Source: a virus. Taken from it: a stretch of 52,092 nucleotides of DNA. Shown here in pieces: positions 8,854 to 17,750 of the stretch; position 1 is the first letter of the stretch, and each line of letters opens with the position of its first letter. The DNA is taken from the IMG/VR virus record IMGVR_UViG_3300045993_000887, positions 1-52,092 of that record. The stretch is one strand, 5' to 3'. Below the pieces are notes generated by a model. That model was not told the DNA's origin. It did no database searches and saw only the letters and a program-made list of their open reading frames with translations. The translations under genes were made by a program, and so were the position numbers.

Positions 8854-8865
8854 TTGCTTTATTTT
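8854..8865 (+). promoter_or_regulatory. Conserved 12-mer TTGCTTTATTTT, copy 2
   Basis: Exact 12-mer followed by 8 nt (AAGCAGCT) and the ATGGCA of 8874..10154. No SD. Confidence 0.4.
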
Positions 8866-8873
8866 AAGCAGCT

Positions 8874-10154
8874 ATGGCAGATAGATCACCACAGCAAGTA
8901 CAGCCGTTACAAGGGACGCTCTCAAAAGAAGTAGAGCGCCTTACTAATTCGATCATCAATGAACTCTCAAACCTAGATACAGTAGGTATTGATGAATATT
9001 TATTGATGGCAACGACTGACCCAATTTGTGGCGCGGGTATCGAAATCCCGATGCTAATGGGTGCGCTAAAACTTGGCGAATTTTGCCATGAAGATCCTGA
9101 TATAGAAGCATGGACTAGGCGAAACTTTGTAAATATGCGAGGCTCGCTACCGCTAAGCTTTGCTGAAATGTGGCAAGCGAAACCATTTGGGCATAGTTGG
9201 AGTGAGATATCGTGTGAGCCTAAAAATGGCAGTTGGATGCTCCAATCCATCATGGCTGTAGACCCGCGTTATTTCAGGTATGCTGGTTCAATTGGCAAAA
9301 TTGACCAGATTCGATATCGCACCGTACCACAGGGTATGGTAAATATTCCTTACGAGAAAGGAATCCATATAATTAATGGCAGACACCTCAGCATAGGGCG
9401 CGATCCTTATGGCTTTGCAGAATGCAAAAAAGCTTACCCATACTGGAAAGCTAAAAAATTAATACTTGCTGCTATGGTAATCGCAGCGCAAAGGCAAGCC
9501 ACACCTCTACTTGTGGGGAAAACTGACTTAGAAAGTAGTTTTGAATTAGTCGATAGTTTTGGCAATATTTTACTGAATGAAAATGGCTTACCAATCAGGG
9601 GGCGATCGGGCGATCGCATGAAGTCAGCTTTAGAGCAAATTGAGAATCAATCCGTCATCGTAATTGATAAAAATATTGATGAAATCATAGCGATCGCACA
9701 GCAAACCGATGGAGCTTTCTTCCTTAATGTTTTGCGATTCCTGAATAGCCAGATTTTAATGGCTTTCCTAATGCCAGAAACTGTAATTACCACAGGCTCG
9801 CAGGGCGCAAGCGGTGACAGTAATTTGAATGCAGGGCATGGCGCGATCTTAGATTTGGTGGTAAGCAGCTTCACTCAGCAAATTAAGGAGCGATTGATTG
9901 AAGATGTTTGCAGATTTTTAATAACTAATGAATTTGGAGAGCAAGAAAGCTATGGGCATTTTAAAGAGCCTGAGCAAGATAAGACGGATGCTGTGGCATT
10001 ATTGGGAGCGATATCAGGTGCGTCAATGAGTGGTGTTTTGGGCGGTAATGATATCGAGGTAATTAATCGATCGCGCGATCTTGCTGGTATCCCAGCCATT
10101 GATCAAATTCTGATACAGCAAGCAAGCAGATATAAATATATGGAGGATTCGTAA
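8874..10154 (+). CDS. Probable portal protein (Mu gp29/DUF935-like)
   Basis: 426 aa. AYPYWKAKKLILAAMVIAAQRQATPLLVGK and ILMAFLMPETVITTG...GASGDSN...AGHG resemble the conserved DUF935 portal core as I remember it. Other Mu-like head genes are present, and there is no portal-sized ORF next to terL. Confidence 0.5.
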   Translation: MADRSPQQVQPLQGTLSKEVERLTNSIINELSNLDTVGIDEYLLMATTDPICGAGIEIPMLMGALKLGEFCHEDPDIEAWTRRNFVNMRGSLPLSFAEMWQAKPFGHSWSEISCEPKNGSWMLQSIMAVDPRYFRYAGSIGKIDQIRYRTVPQGMVNIPYEKGIHIINGRHLSIGRDPYGFAECKKAYPYWKAKKLILAAMVIAAQRQATPLLVGKTDLESSFELVDSFGNILLNENGLPIRGRSGDRMKSALEQIENQSVIVIDKNIDEIIAIAQQTDGAFFLNVLRFLNSQILMAFLMPETVITTGSQGASGDSNLNAGHGAILDLVVSSFTQQIKERLIEDVCRFLITNEFGEQESYGHFKEPEQDKTDAVALLGAISGASMSGVLGGNDIEVINRSRDLAGIPAIDQILIQQASRYKYMEDS

Positions 10155-10155
10155 A

Positions 10156-10671
10156 ATGACGATTTGGACTGATTTACAAACAGCTATTGACGCAAAAATT
10201 GCGGCACTAGGGTACACAGGCACTCTAGCTAATTTAGGCATCGATCAGCCTTTTAGCCCAACGCTTGCAAACTTATTAAATCTACAAGCACAATTAAGTG
10301 AAATTATAGGATCGGGCGGCGGATCGTCTTCAATTCCATCTTTCACGAACTCACCTACTAATTTCGGTGCAGCAAACCAAGCAGTATTAAAAGCTAGTGC
10401 AAGTGCAGTTTATAAAATCTATTGCTACAACAAAAATGCATCAACTAGATTCTTCCAAATCCATAACAAAGCTACTGCACCTGTAAATACTGACGTGCCA
10501 ATTGAATCGTTTCCTGTCGCTGCTAATTCTGCTTTAATCATTGACTCTACATTTTTTGGTTCGGGGGGTAGGACGTGCAGCGCTGGAATATCTTGGGCTT
10601 TTAGCTCTACTGAGGCGACATTAACCCTAGCAACAGCAGGAGATCAAACAAGCTCTGTGGGGTACTTGTAA
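10156..10671 (+). CDS. Hypothetical virion/tail protein
   Basis: 171-aa ORF with a GGAGGA SD. Its stop overlaps the next start (TAATG). Confidence 0.55.
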   Translation: MTIWTDLQTAIDAKIAALGYTGTLANLGIDQPFSPTLANLLNLQAQLSEIIGSGGGSSSIPSFTNSPTNFGAANQAVLKASASAVYKIYCYNKNASTRFFQIHNKATAPVNTDVPIESFPVAANSALIIDSTFFGSGGRTCSAGISWAFSSTEATLTLATAGDQTSSVGYL

Positions 10672-11387
10672 TGAGTGGTGTTGTCTTCGCGCCTTCTGCT
10701 GGTACTGTGTATAGCGCTGATTTTACGATGTCTAAATTTGATATTGTATCGCTATCAAACGTAAATAGTATTTTGGGAGTATACGAGACAGTAGCATCGA
10801 ACATATTGGTTGTATCACCCACCAATATGACATCAAATACGACTCCATCTCCCTATGTAATAGCTGTCAGTAGTGCTTATTCCTCGACCTATTCTGGATA
10901 TTCTGCCTTTAATTCGATTTTAGATGTTGAGCCCGATTGGCTTGCGACTGCAACCCCAGCGTGGCTATCTATCGATTTGGGATCTACACCTCCAATTGGA
11001 GCATATAGGCTCTCTATAGGGACTAACTTTACTACCACAACAACACCTAAATCATGGACTTTACAAGGTAGTAGCGATGGGATAAATTGGACAACTATCG
11101 ATACTCAAACTAATATCACAGGATGGGTGGCTGCAACATATAAAACTTTTACTCTTGCTAGCTCTGCAACTTATCGCTATTACAAATTAAATGTATCTGC
11201 TAACGGGGCGGCGGGGGCTGGCAATATGCGGATCTCAGAAATTCAACTTATACGGATTATTCCTAGCGATAAGGTGTTAGCATCTCCAGCCGATTATAGA
11301 GTTGGCTATACGGCTGGGACATCCGACGTCACAGTGGCTAAACTCTCAGGTGGATCTAACGTTGCAGTAACAGTGAGGTATTCATAA
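10671..11387 (+). CDS. Tail fibre / receptor-binding protein with F5/8 type C (discoidin)-like domain
   Basis: 238 aa. WLSIDLGSTPPIGAYRLS...WTLQGSSDGINWTTID...YRYYKLNV matches the discoidin/galactose-binding-like domain pattern. Coupled to its neighbours. Confidence 0.6.
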   Translation: MSGVVFAPSAGTVYSADFTMSKFDIVSLSNVNSILGVYETVASNILVVSPTNMTSNTTPSPYVIAVSSAYSSTYSGYSAFNSILDVEPDWLATATPAWLSIDLGSTPPIGAYRLSIGTNFTTTTTPKSWTLQGSSDGINWTTIDTQTNITGWVAATYKTFTLASSATYRYYKLNVSANGAAGAGNMRISEIQLIRIIPSDKVLASPADYRVGYTAGTSDVTVAKLSGGSNVAVTVRYS

Positions 11388-12283
11388 TGAGTGGAACTAT
11401 TTATTTACAGCAACTTCCTAATAAGAACCTGTTCATTAACCCTGCTTTTCAGGTAAATCAGATTAACCTTACCGGGACTTTACCTGATTCTGTTGCGCTG
11501 CCAACACAATCACTAGGGTATCTATCTGGAAGTAATTGGTGCTTTGCTGCAAGTGGTTCTAGCACGGTTGCGTATACGATAGATCCCGCTAGTGAGAAAG
11601 TTACTTTTACGGGTGCAGCATCAACTACTGCAATTTATTTACTTCAAAGGATAGAAAGCAAAGATTTAATAAGGCTAGCCAACAAACTAGCAACAATAAC
11701 ATTTAGTTTTGAGGCTTCTAACTCACTTCTAACTTCAGTTAATTGGAGTATCCTTAGACCCACAACTACATCCGATGTGCATGGCACTATTGGCACACCA
11801 ACGCAAACGACGATCGCTAGTGGAACTGTAACCATAGACAGCACATTGAGGCGATATTCAGTAACGGCAACATTACCAATACAGGCGGCTTTAGGTGCTG
11901 AGTTTAGACTAAGTGTTGGCGCTCAAACGTCGGGTACATGGGTGGTATCGCGATTGCAATTGGAAGAGGGAAGTGTAGCAACTACTTTTAATTGTGGTGA
12001 TACTGCTAGTGAATTGCTGAGATGCATGAGGTATGCACAAAAAGCAACAAATGGATTACAAGGGGCAGTTTCTGGCTCAACAATATATTTGGAAAAGCCT
12101 TTTAAAGTTCCAATGTTTTCGACCCCAATCATGACTGTTACCAGCCTTGGGACTATTATAAATGCATCCATTTTGCAGGAAAATGCTCTTGATGATGAAA
12201 GTTTTTGCTTTCAAATTCAACCGTCAGCCCTTAATGGATATGTCATCAATCGTAAATATCTTTGCTCTGCACACATCCCCTAG
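11387..12283 (+). CDS. Putative tail fibre protein
   Basis: 298 aa, Ser/Thr/Gly-rich. Begins MSG like the preceding fibre gene, with a TAATG junction. Confidence 0.5.
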   Translation: MSGTIYLQQLPNKNLFINPAFQVNQINLTGTLPDSVALPTQSLGYLSGSNWCFAASGSSTVAYTIDPASEKVTFTGAASTTAIYLLQRIESKDLIRLANKLATITFSFEASNSLLTSVNWSILRPTTTSDVHGTIGTPTQTTIASGTVTIDSTLRRYSVTATLPIQAALGAEFRLSVGAQTSGTWVVSRLQLEEGSVATTFNCGDTASELLRCMRYAQKATNGLQGAVSGSTIYLEKPFKVPMFSTPIMTVTSLGTIINASILQENALDDESFCFQIQPSALNGYVINRKYLCSAHIP

Positions 12284-12289
12284 AAACTT

Positions 12290-12670
12290 ATGATTTTTGC
12301 TTATCAGCTTCTACCAAATCCTAACCAAATTAAGCGCTCTGATGGCGCGATAATCCCCGATATCACCGCAAATTATGGTGATGCCTTGCTATATCAAGCG
12401 TGGCTAGCTGATGGTGGTATTCCTGAACCCGCCGATCCTTTACCTACACTTATTCGACAAATTGATAAAAGAAGATTAAAAAAAGCGTTAAATCAGTTAG
12501 GGGTTTTAACAACAATTGAAACATTAATTTCACAACTAGATGTAGAAGCACAGATTGACTGGGATGATGCTGATATTATCAGTGAAAATTATCCTCTAGT
12601 CGTGGCTCTGGCTACTAATTTGGGATTAGATACTGATGCAATATTCACGCTAGCTAACTCTTTATCTTGA
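12290..12670 (+). CDS. Hypothetical protein (possible fibre accessory protein)
   Basis: 126-aa ORF immediately after the fibre genes. Confidence 0.5.
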   Translation: MIFAYQLLPNPNQIKRSDGAIIPDITANYGDALLYQAWLADGGIPEPADPLPTLIRQIDKRRLKKALNQLGVLTTIETLISQLDVEAQIDWDDADIISENYPLVVALATNLGLDTDAIFTLANSLS

Positions 12671-12678
12671 GGCTAAAA

Positions 12679-12908
12679 GTGAACCCTAAAATAACCTTGG
12701 TAGCGATCGCTGATACCACCCTCAAAAAGATGCCAGTGCCAGTGGATATGTTGCCACTAGCACAAAAAAATTATTAAACGATGGCGATGTTTTAGGAATT
12801 GTTAATCAGCAATATATTCATGGTCATCTTGTTTTTGAATGCTTTGATCCTAACTATCTTGGCAAGTGGTATGTCGATGCTACCTCTGTTGAGATTACTA
12901 AAAAGTGA
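12679..12908 (+). CDS. Two-frame ORF joined by a -1 shift at A_AAA_AAT (programmed frameshift, or a homopolymer indel/pseudogene)
   Basis: GTG at 12679 follows GAGG. The zero frame stops at 12775-12777. The -1 frame is open from 12771 to TGA 12906-12908 and has no start codon of its own. Slippery heptamer at 12765-12771 within a run of 7 A. Confidence 0.4.
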
Positions 12909-13486
12909 TGTTTGAATTAAAGCGATCGCCCGAATTTAAAAAAATAGTGCCAATTTTCGCAATTGTATTTTTACGAAAAGATGCGGCGATCGCACAAACA
13001 GTTCAACCCCAGCCAGTGCCACAGCCAACAGTACAGGCGATCGATCCAGTAACAGCAACTGGTTACATATTAGCGGCGGGACTATCTATTTTTACTCTCT
13101 TACCTAAGATAGTTGAAAAGTGGTTTGGACAAGAATTAGACGCAAGGCAGAGCAAAAAACAATTAGAAACTTTGATAGTAAAATCTCAGGCTGACTTAGA
13201 GCTAGAAGACAAGCAAAAACAGTTGGAAGCAGCCCGTAATCTGTCTGATTTTTATTTAGAAACTGCAAGAGAAAGCCAGAAAAGTGAGCGTGGCTTACTG
13301 ATGACTTTTGTTACCAAAGAGTTAACAGCGTCGGAGCAAACCCGTGATCAGCTTTATGATCTAATTGCCAATCAAGCCAAAATAATTAGTAGATTGGAAT
13401 TAATAGAAGAAAGTATTCAAAAAAACACAGTTATTCAAAAAGACATTATGAATGTTTTGAATATGAAAGATCGGAATGGGAATTAA
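12908..13486 (+). CDS. Membrane protein with coiled-coil region (holin/spanin-like role possible)
   Basis: The ORF track starts at GTG 12905; ATG 12908 overlaps the upstream TGA. Two hydrophobic segments (IVPIFAIVFL, GYILAAGLSIFTLL), then a Gln/Glu/Leu-rich helix. Confidence 0.55.
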   Translation: MFELKRSPEFKKIVPIFAIVFLRKDAAIAQTVQPQPVPQPTVQAIDPVTATGYILAAGLSIFTLLPKIVEKWFGQELDARQSKKQLETLIVKSQADLELEDKQKQLEAARNLSDFYLETARESQKSERGLLMTFVTKELTASEQTRDQLYDLIANQAKIISRLELIEESIQKNTVIQKDIMNVLNMKDRNGN

Positions 13487-13917
13487 TCTGACAATTCAAT
13501 ACCACAATAATATAAAATTTCTCGCAAAGCTTCATCACAAGATCTCGGTACAACTACCTTAAAGCCTTGCGACTCAACAAATATTTTAAAATCAATTTGC
13601 TCTGGGGTTAGCTTGCCTTTTGCCGATTTCATTTCAATATACAAGCCAGAATACATCGGTATAGCAACATCATAGATCATTCTTTTTTGATAGCTTTGCA
13701 CTGGCAAAAACAGATCGTGTACTCCTTTTTTTGCCCCTTCATTGATCATTTGGGTAACGATAGCAGGGTGTAATTTTAATCCATTTTGATTAGCATAAAG
13801 CCATCGCAATATTTTATATTTGGGCGCTAGCTCATTGCGTATTTTATGGATAAGCTTCTTTTGCTCATCGTGTTCTGTGGTGGCGCGAGTGCGGGGTGTG
13901 GATTTAGTGGGGAGCAT
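13483..13917 (-). CDS. VRR-NUC domain nuclease
   Basis: 144 aa. GVHDLFLP...GLYIEMKSAKGKLTPEQ fits the D...E-x-K VRR-NUC core. Confidence 0.65.
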   Translation of the reverse strand: MLPTKSTPRTRATTEHDEQKKLIHKIRNELAPKYKILRWLYANQNGLKLHPAIVTQMINEGAKKGVHDLFLPVQSYQKRMIYDVAIPMYSGLYIEMKSAKGKLTPEQIDFKIFVESQGFKVVVPRSCDEALREILYYCGIELSD

Positions 13918-15481
13918 TAACTTTCACCTCTAAATTATTTGCTATATTTCCAAATTCGCCATCAATTTGAGACTTAATCCACCATGACGGCGTGCCATTC
14001 CTAAATCGCATAGTACCAGCACGTTGGACATTGCGATAGAACTGATTAAACTTGTTCACATCACCCTCAAATATTGCGCCTAAAGCCCAATATTTGAGGG
14101 GTTTAGGGAATGCCTCAAACCTTTTATTAACATAATCCACATAAGCGCCGCTAGTGCATCCTGAGCGCTTATACTCTTTCCTTAGTAATTGCCTGTAAAA
14201 CTCACGATGCGCTTGCTCAGAGCCGTCATTCATGACCATAGTGGGTGTAATTAGCTGTGAGAAAGAGCCATTTAATTCTATTCGCTCTTTCTCTTTAATT
14301 GGGAATAGATAAGCACAGTATGGACAATTACGCTCTTGTGCGCGAATGATTCTAGAACACTCAGGACAAGTCTTAACAGGCGCTTCACCAGCTTGTCTTA
14401 GTGGCTTGCGACTAAGTATTGATGCTTTGGTGTGGACACGTTCGCAAGGATAGCCAGATGCTTCTAGATTGCCAACACAGTCGATGATGATACCGCGCTC
14501 TTTGCCTTCTGCAATCCTAGCCACACGCCCGATTTGCTGCTCTATGATGGCTAGGGATTTAGAGGGACGCATAAGCAAGCCTATTTCTATTTCTGGCAAG
14601 TCAAAGCCCTTGGTGAGTGCCATGCAGCTTACTAGCAGCTTAATTTCGCCACGTTTACAAAGCCCAAAAACTTCTAATCGATATTCTTTTTTATCAGTAC
14701 CAGTGATTGATGCGGCGCTAATTCCTAATCGATTCGCAACTTCAGTTATGGCGATCGCGTGTTCCACGTTTACGGCAAAAGCGATCGCTCTTTTACCCGC
14801 TCCTAATCCTTGATACTTATTCAGTGCCGCCATAATTGCCTTTTCATTATTGACAATTTTGGCAGTTTCTTTTACTTGGTAATCACCTTGAGCGATTTTT
14901 ATTTTGCTAAAATCAGCATGGTCAATCCCGTAATAATCCAAAGGTGCTAAATACCCTAATTTTTGCAATTCTGCAAATGATGGACTGATGACAGCATCTT
15001 GGAATATATCAGCAAAACATTGTTTATTGGATAGGCGGTATGGTGTGGCTGTCAAGCCTATTACCCATTTACTAGACTTCTCAATTAGCTTTAAAGATAA
15101 TGCATACCAGCCAGTAGTATGTACTTCATCTAATAGAATTAAATCCCAGTGGCAATCATGCCAAGCGACTCGATTAGATAAAGATTGGATAGAAGCAATA
15201 AACACACTAAAGTCATTATAATCAGGCTCTTGATATCCATCTGCAATCACTCCATAGGGTACTGTTAGCTTGCTAGCGGTCTGGTCAATCAAAGTAATGT
15301 TATCCACCAGAAAGAGAACTTTGCGCCCCTTGGCAGCGAATCTAGCCATAAGTGCAGAGGCGATTACTGTTTTGCCACTTCCTGTGCTGGCAACTAGTAC
15401 GATATTTTGATTTTTAAGTGTGTTGGCAGAATGAATTACTTGGTTGATTATGTCCTCTTGAAATGGTCTAAGAGTTAGCAT
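13904..15481 (-). CDS. Superfamily 2 DEAH-box DNA helicase with C-terminal zinc ribbon
   Basis: 525 aa. Motif I ASTGSGKT, II LLDEVH, III TATP, VI QQIGRVAR. CPECS...CPYC. Confidence 0.85.
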   Translation of the reverse strand: MLTLRPFQEDIINQVIHSANTLKNQNIVLVASTGSGKTVIASALMARFAAKGRKVLFLVDNITLIDQTASKLTVPYGVIADGYQEPDYNDFSVFIASIQSLSNRVAWHDCHWDLILLDEVHTTGWYALSLKLIEKSSKWVIGLTATPYRLSNKQCFADIFQDAVISPSFAELQKLGYLAPLDYYGIDHADFSKIKIAQGDYQVKETAKIVNNEKAIMAALNKYQGLGAGKRAIAFAVNVEHAIAITEVANRLGISAASITGTDKKEYRLEVFGLCKRGEIKLLVSCMALTKGFDLPEIEIGLLMRPSKSLAIIEQQIGRVARIAEGKERGIIIDCVGNLEASGYPCERVHTKASILSRKPLRQAGEAPVKTCPECSRIIRAQERNCPYCAYLFPIKEKERIELNGSFSQLITPTMVMNDGSEQAHREFYRQLLRKEYKRSGCTSGAYVDYVNKRFEAFPKPLKYWALGAIFEGDVNKFNQFYRNVQRAGTMRFRNGTPSWWIKSQIDGEFGNIANNLEVKVNAPH

Positions 15482-16379
15482 TTACTACACTCCCAATAAC
15501 TTTCTCATAGAGTAAAGGAGGGACAGCATTCCCAATTCCTTTACGAATTGGCTCAATTTTATCGCCCCAAATATAATCTTTTGGGAATGATTGGAGCCGT
15601 GCCAAGCAATCCAAATTTAATTGGATTGTCTCACCTGATTCTATTAAAGCTCTAGGGTCACGATCGCTTGCTTTGATAGTAAATATCGGTTGATTGGCAT
15701 AACGAACCGTATTAGCTCGTTGCTCGGTAGAGGACATAACAAATGGCTTTATTATTCCCTTTGTCATGTTTTTTTGCCAATCAGCAAAATCACTTTGCTT
15801 GCAATTTGGGATTAAATCAGAGATCGCCTGATACCAACCGATATGCTTTTCTTTAGGTGGGAGCGATGGAATAAAGCCAGATTTTATAGCAATGAGAATT
15901 AATCGGCGGCGCGATTGTGGAGCTCCAAAATCAGCAGCATTTAGTACCTGGCAATTCAGCCAATAGCCTTGAGAATAAAGTGTTTCAATAATATTATTAA
16001 AGGCTTCATGATTGCCATACTCAGCCACATTCTCAAGGGTAAAATATTGTGGCTGTAAAGTACGAATAAATTCGCAAACTTTAGCGGCGCAATCAAGATC
16101 TAATTGAGTCTCTTTTGCGTCAGTCTTGGCGCTTGAGTATGATTTACAAACAGGTGAAGCGTGAAGTAAATCAACTTTCTCAAACTTCATGGGGTCAGCG
16201 TCAAGAATATTTTGCACATAAACTTGACCATGATTTGCCCTATAAATTTCAGCAATCGCGGGGTCAAATTCTAATCCCCATGCATGGGTGAACCCTGCTT
16301 GTTTCATGCCCTGTGCAACGCCGCCACAGCCACTAAATAGATCGGCTGATGTTAGGCTAGAATGGGAAGTCATCATCAT
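15468..16379 (-). CDS. DNA cytosine-5 methyltransferase (1 of 2)
   Basis: Motifs DLFSGCGG (I), SPVCKSYS (IV-like), LENV (VI), QSRRRL (VIII), GNAVPP (X). The ORF track extends to 16415, but the Met triplet at 16379-16371 is the more likely start. Confidence 0.85.
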   Translation of the reverse strand: MMMTSHSSLTSADLFSGCGGVAQGMKQAGFTHAWGLEFDPAIAEIYRANHGQVYVQNILDADPMKFEKVDLLHASPVCKSYSSAKTDAKETQLDLDCAAKVCEFIRTLQPQYFTLENVAEYGNHEAFNNIIETLYSQGYWLNCQVLNAADFGAPQSRRRLILIAIKSGFIPSLPPKEKHIGWYQAISDLIPNCKQSDFADWQKNMTKGIIKPFVMSSTEQRANTVRYANQPIFTIKASDRDPRALIESGETIQLNLDCLARLQSFPKDYIWGDKIEPIRKGIGNAVPPLLYEKVIGSVVNANS

Positions 16380-16653
16380 CCTCCCAATCACGAAGCACTT
16401 CAACCCTAAAATCATGCAATTGAGTATTAAATTGCCCTTTCCTAAATGAAGAAATTTTAGAAATATCTAAATCTTCTTTTGCAAATTCTGGAAAGTTTTC
16501 AGCGCACCAATCGCAAATCTTCATTGCATCAGCAAAAATTTCTGTGTCCGTCTTTGGCAATCGAAATCCGTTGTCATGAACAACGTTGTAAAAAAATATA
16601 AGCTCAGGCAGAAGAATAGTGCCTTGTGTTGTCTGCACTTGGATTGTAATCAT
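16357..16653 (-). CDS. Hypothetical protein
   Basis: 98-aa ORF in the leftward replication operon with an acidic C-terminus (WEDDDDFPF). Confidence 0.55.
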   Translation of the reverse strand: MITIQVQTTQGTILLPELIFFYNVVHDNGFRLPKTDTEIFADAMKICDWCAENFPEFAKEDLDISKISSFRKGQFNTQLHDFRVEVLRDWEDDDDFPF

Positions 16654-16991
16654 TTAATTCCACAGCTCCACTTAATTGCAATTTCTCGAAGCTCTGAGAC
16701 AAGTTTATTTCGTAATTCACCTGATACTGTGACTAAATTAGGATGCACATATCCATAATTTCGATAACACCATAATTCATTGTGATTCCAGCAAATATCA
16801 ATTGAAAACCCATAGCCACAATGCTCTGAAATTGACATCTGATAGCCATATTCATTCTTACCATGAAAGCTATAATGCTGGCTATCTAAGGCTTTTAAAT
16901 ACTGAATCAAATCTGTCATGATTTGATCTTGCTCGGATTGCGAAAGAGCTTTGCAAGCTCTTTCGTCCATTAATAATGATTGGTGCTTCAT
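16650..16991 (-). CDS. Hypothetical protein, downstream partner of the Phd-like gene
   Basis: 113-aa ORF. Its start overlaps the stop of 16991..17263. Confidence 0.55.
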   Translation of the reverse strand: MKHQSLLMDERACKALSQSEQDQIMTDLIQYLKALDSQHYSFHGKNEYGYQMSISEHCGYGFSIDICWNHNELWCYRNYGYVHPNLVTVSGELRNKLVSELREIAIKWSCGIK

Positions 16992-17263
16992 TATATCAAT
17001 TCACATTTAACTAATTTTCTGCCATGCGCAGTTAAAATTACTGCACTTTTTTTCTCAATTAAATCGATAAATTCAGTCATGTGTTCACGATTAAAAGCTA
17101 AGGAAACTTCTGCTAAATTCTCTTCTAAAGCAGCTTTGCTCACTTTAAAAAAAGGAGTTCCATGATAGGTCACGATTAGCTCTTTTTTGCCAAGTTTGAC
17201 AGCGTGACAGCACTTTCTAAGATTGGCTCGAAACTTCGAGATCGGGATTGTTTCTTGATTCAT
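16991..17263 (-). CDS. Phd/YefM-like antitoxin-fold protein
   Basis: 90 aa. The N-terminus IPISKFRANLRKCCHAVKLGKKELIVTYHGTPFFKV fits the Phd/YefM pattern (ise-fR-nl ... v-It--Gkp). Confidence 0.5.
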   Translation of the reverse strand: MNQETIPISKFRANLRKCCHAVKLGKKELIVTYHGTPFFKVSKAALEENLAEVSLAFNREHMTEFIDLIEKKSAVILTAHGRKLVKCELI

Positions 17264-17431
17264 TTAAGCTCCTAATTCTAAATGGAACGCTTCTAGATCT
17301 TTGACTAACTCAATAACAATATTTTTACTAATTCCAGCCTCAATACACGCTTCAATCGCATCTTTAGGATGAAAGTCTTTTGATGCTGTACGCAGCAAAA
17401 TTGCTATGGCTTTTTCTTTAGGTATGAGCAT
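17264..17431 (-). CDS. Small hypothetical protein (55 aa, below the ORF-track cutoff)
   Basis: MLIPKEKAIAILLRTASKDFHPKDAIEACIEAGISKNIVIELVKDLEAFHLELGA. Its TAA directly abuts the ATG at 17263. Confidence 0.4.
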   Translation of the reverse strand: MLIPKEKAIAILLRTASKDFHPKDAIEACIEAGISKNIVIELVKDLEAFHLELGA

Positions 17432-17501
17432 ACTTGCGGTTCCTTGCTTTCTGAACGCCCTTACAGTATATACAAAACTTACAAAAATTACAATACTTAC
17501 A

Positions 17502-17750
17502 TCATCTAGCTTTATTTATAGTAAACATAGGCTTTTCTCTATGTTTTGGCTTTTCAGGATTAAGCCTCAATTTTTTAGCCTCTACAGCCTTGATAAGTGC
17601 ATCAAGGCTAACTTCATTACGCTTACCTGTCCAAATGTCCACATAAGCCCAATTGTGGGGACTGAGTAAATGCCAGCCAACATCAAAGCAAGCATCTTTT
17701 GCTGTGGCGTGATCGTCATCAAGTGATTTTAGAGTTTGTAGTTTAAGCAT
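17502..17750 (-). CDS. Hypothetical protein
   Basis: 82-aa ORF overlapping the primase stop by 8 nt. Confidence 0.5.
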   Translation of the reverse strand: MLKLQTLKSLDDDHATAKDACFDVGWHLLSPHNWAYVDIWTGKRNEVSLDALIKAVEAKKLRLNPEKPKHREKPMFTINKAR

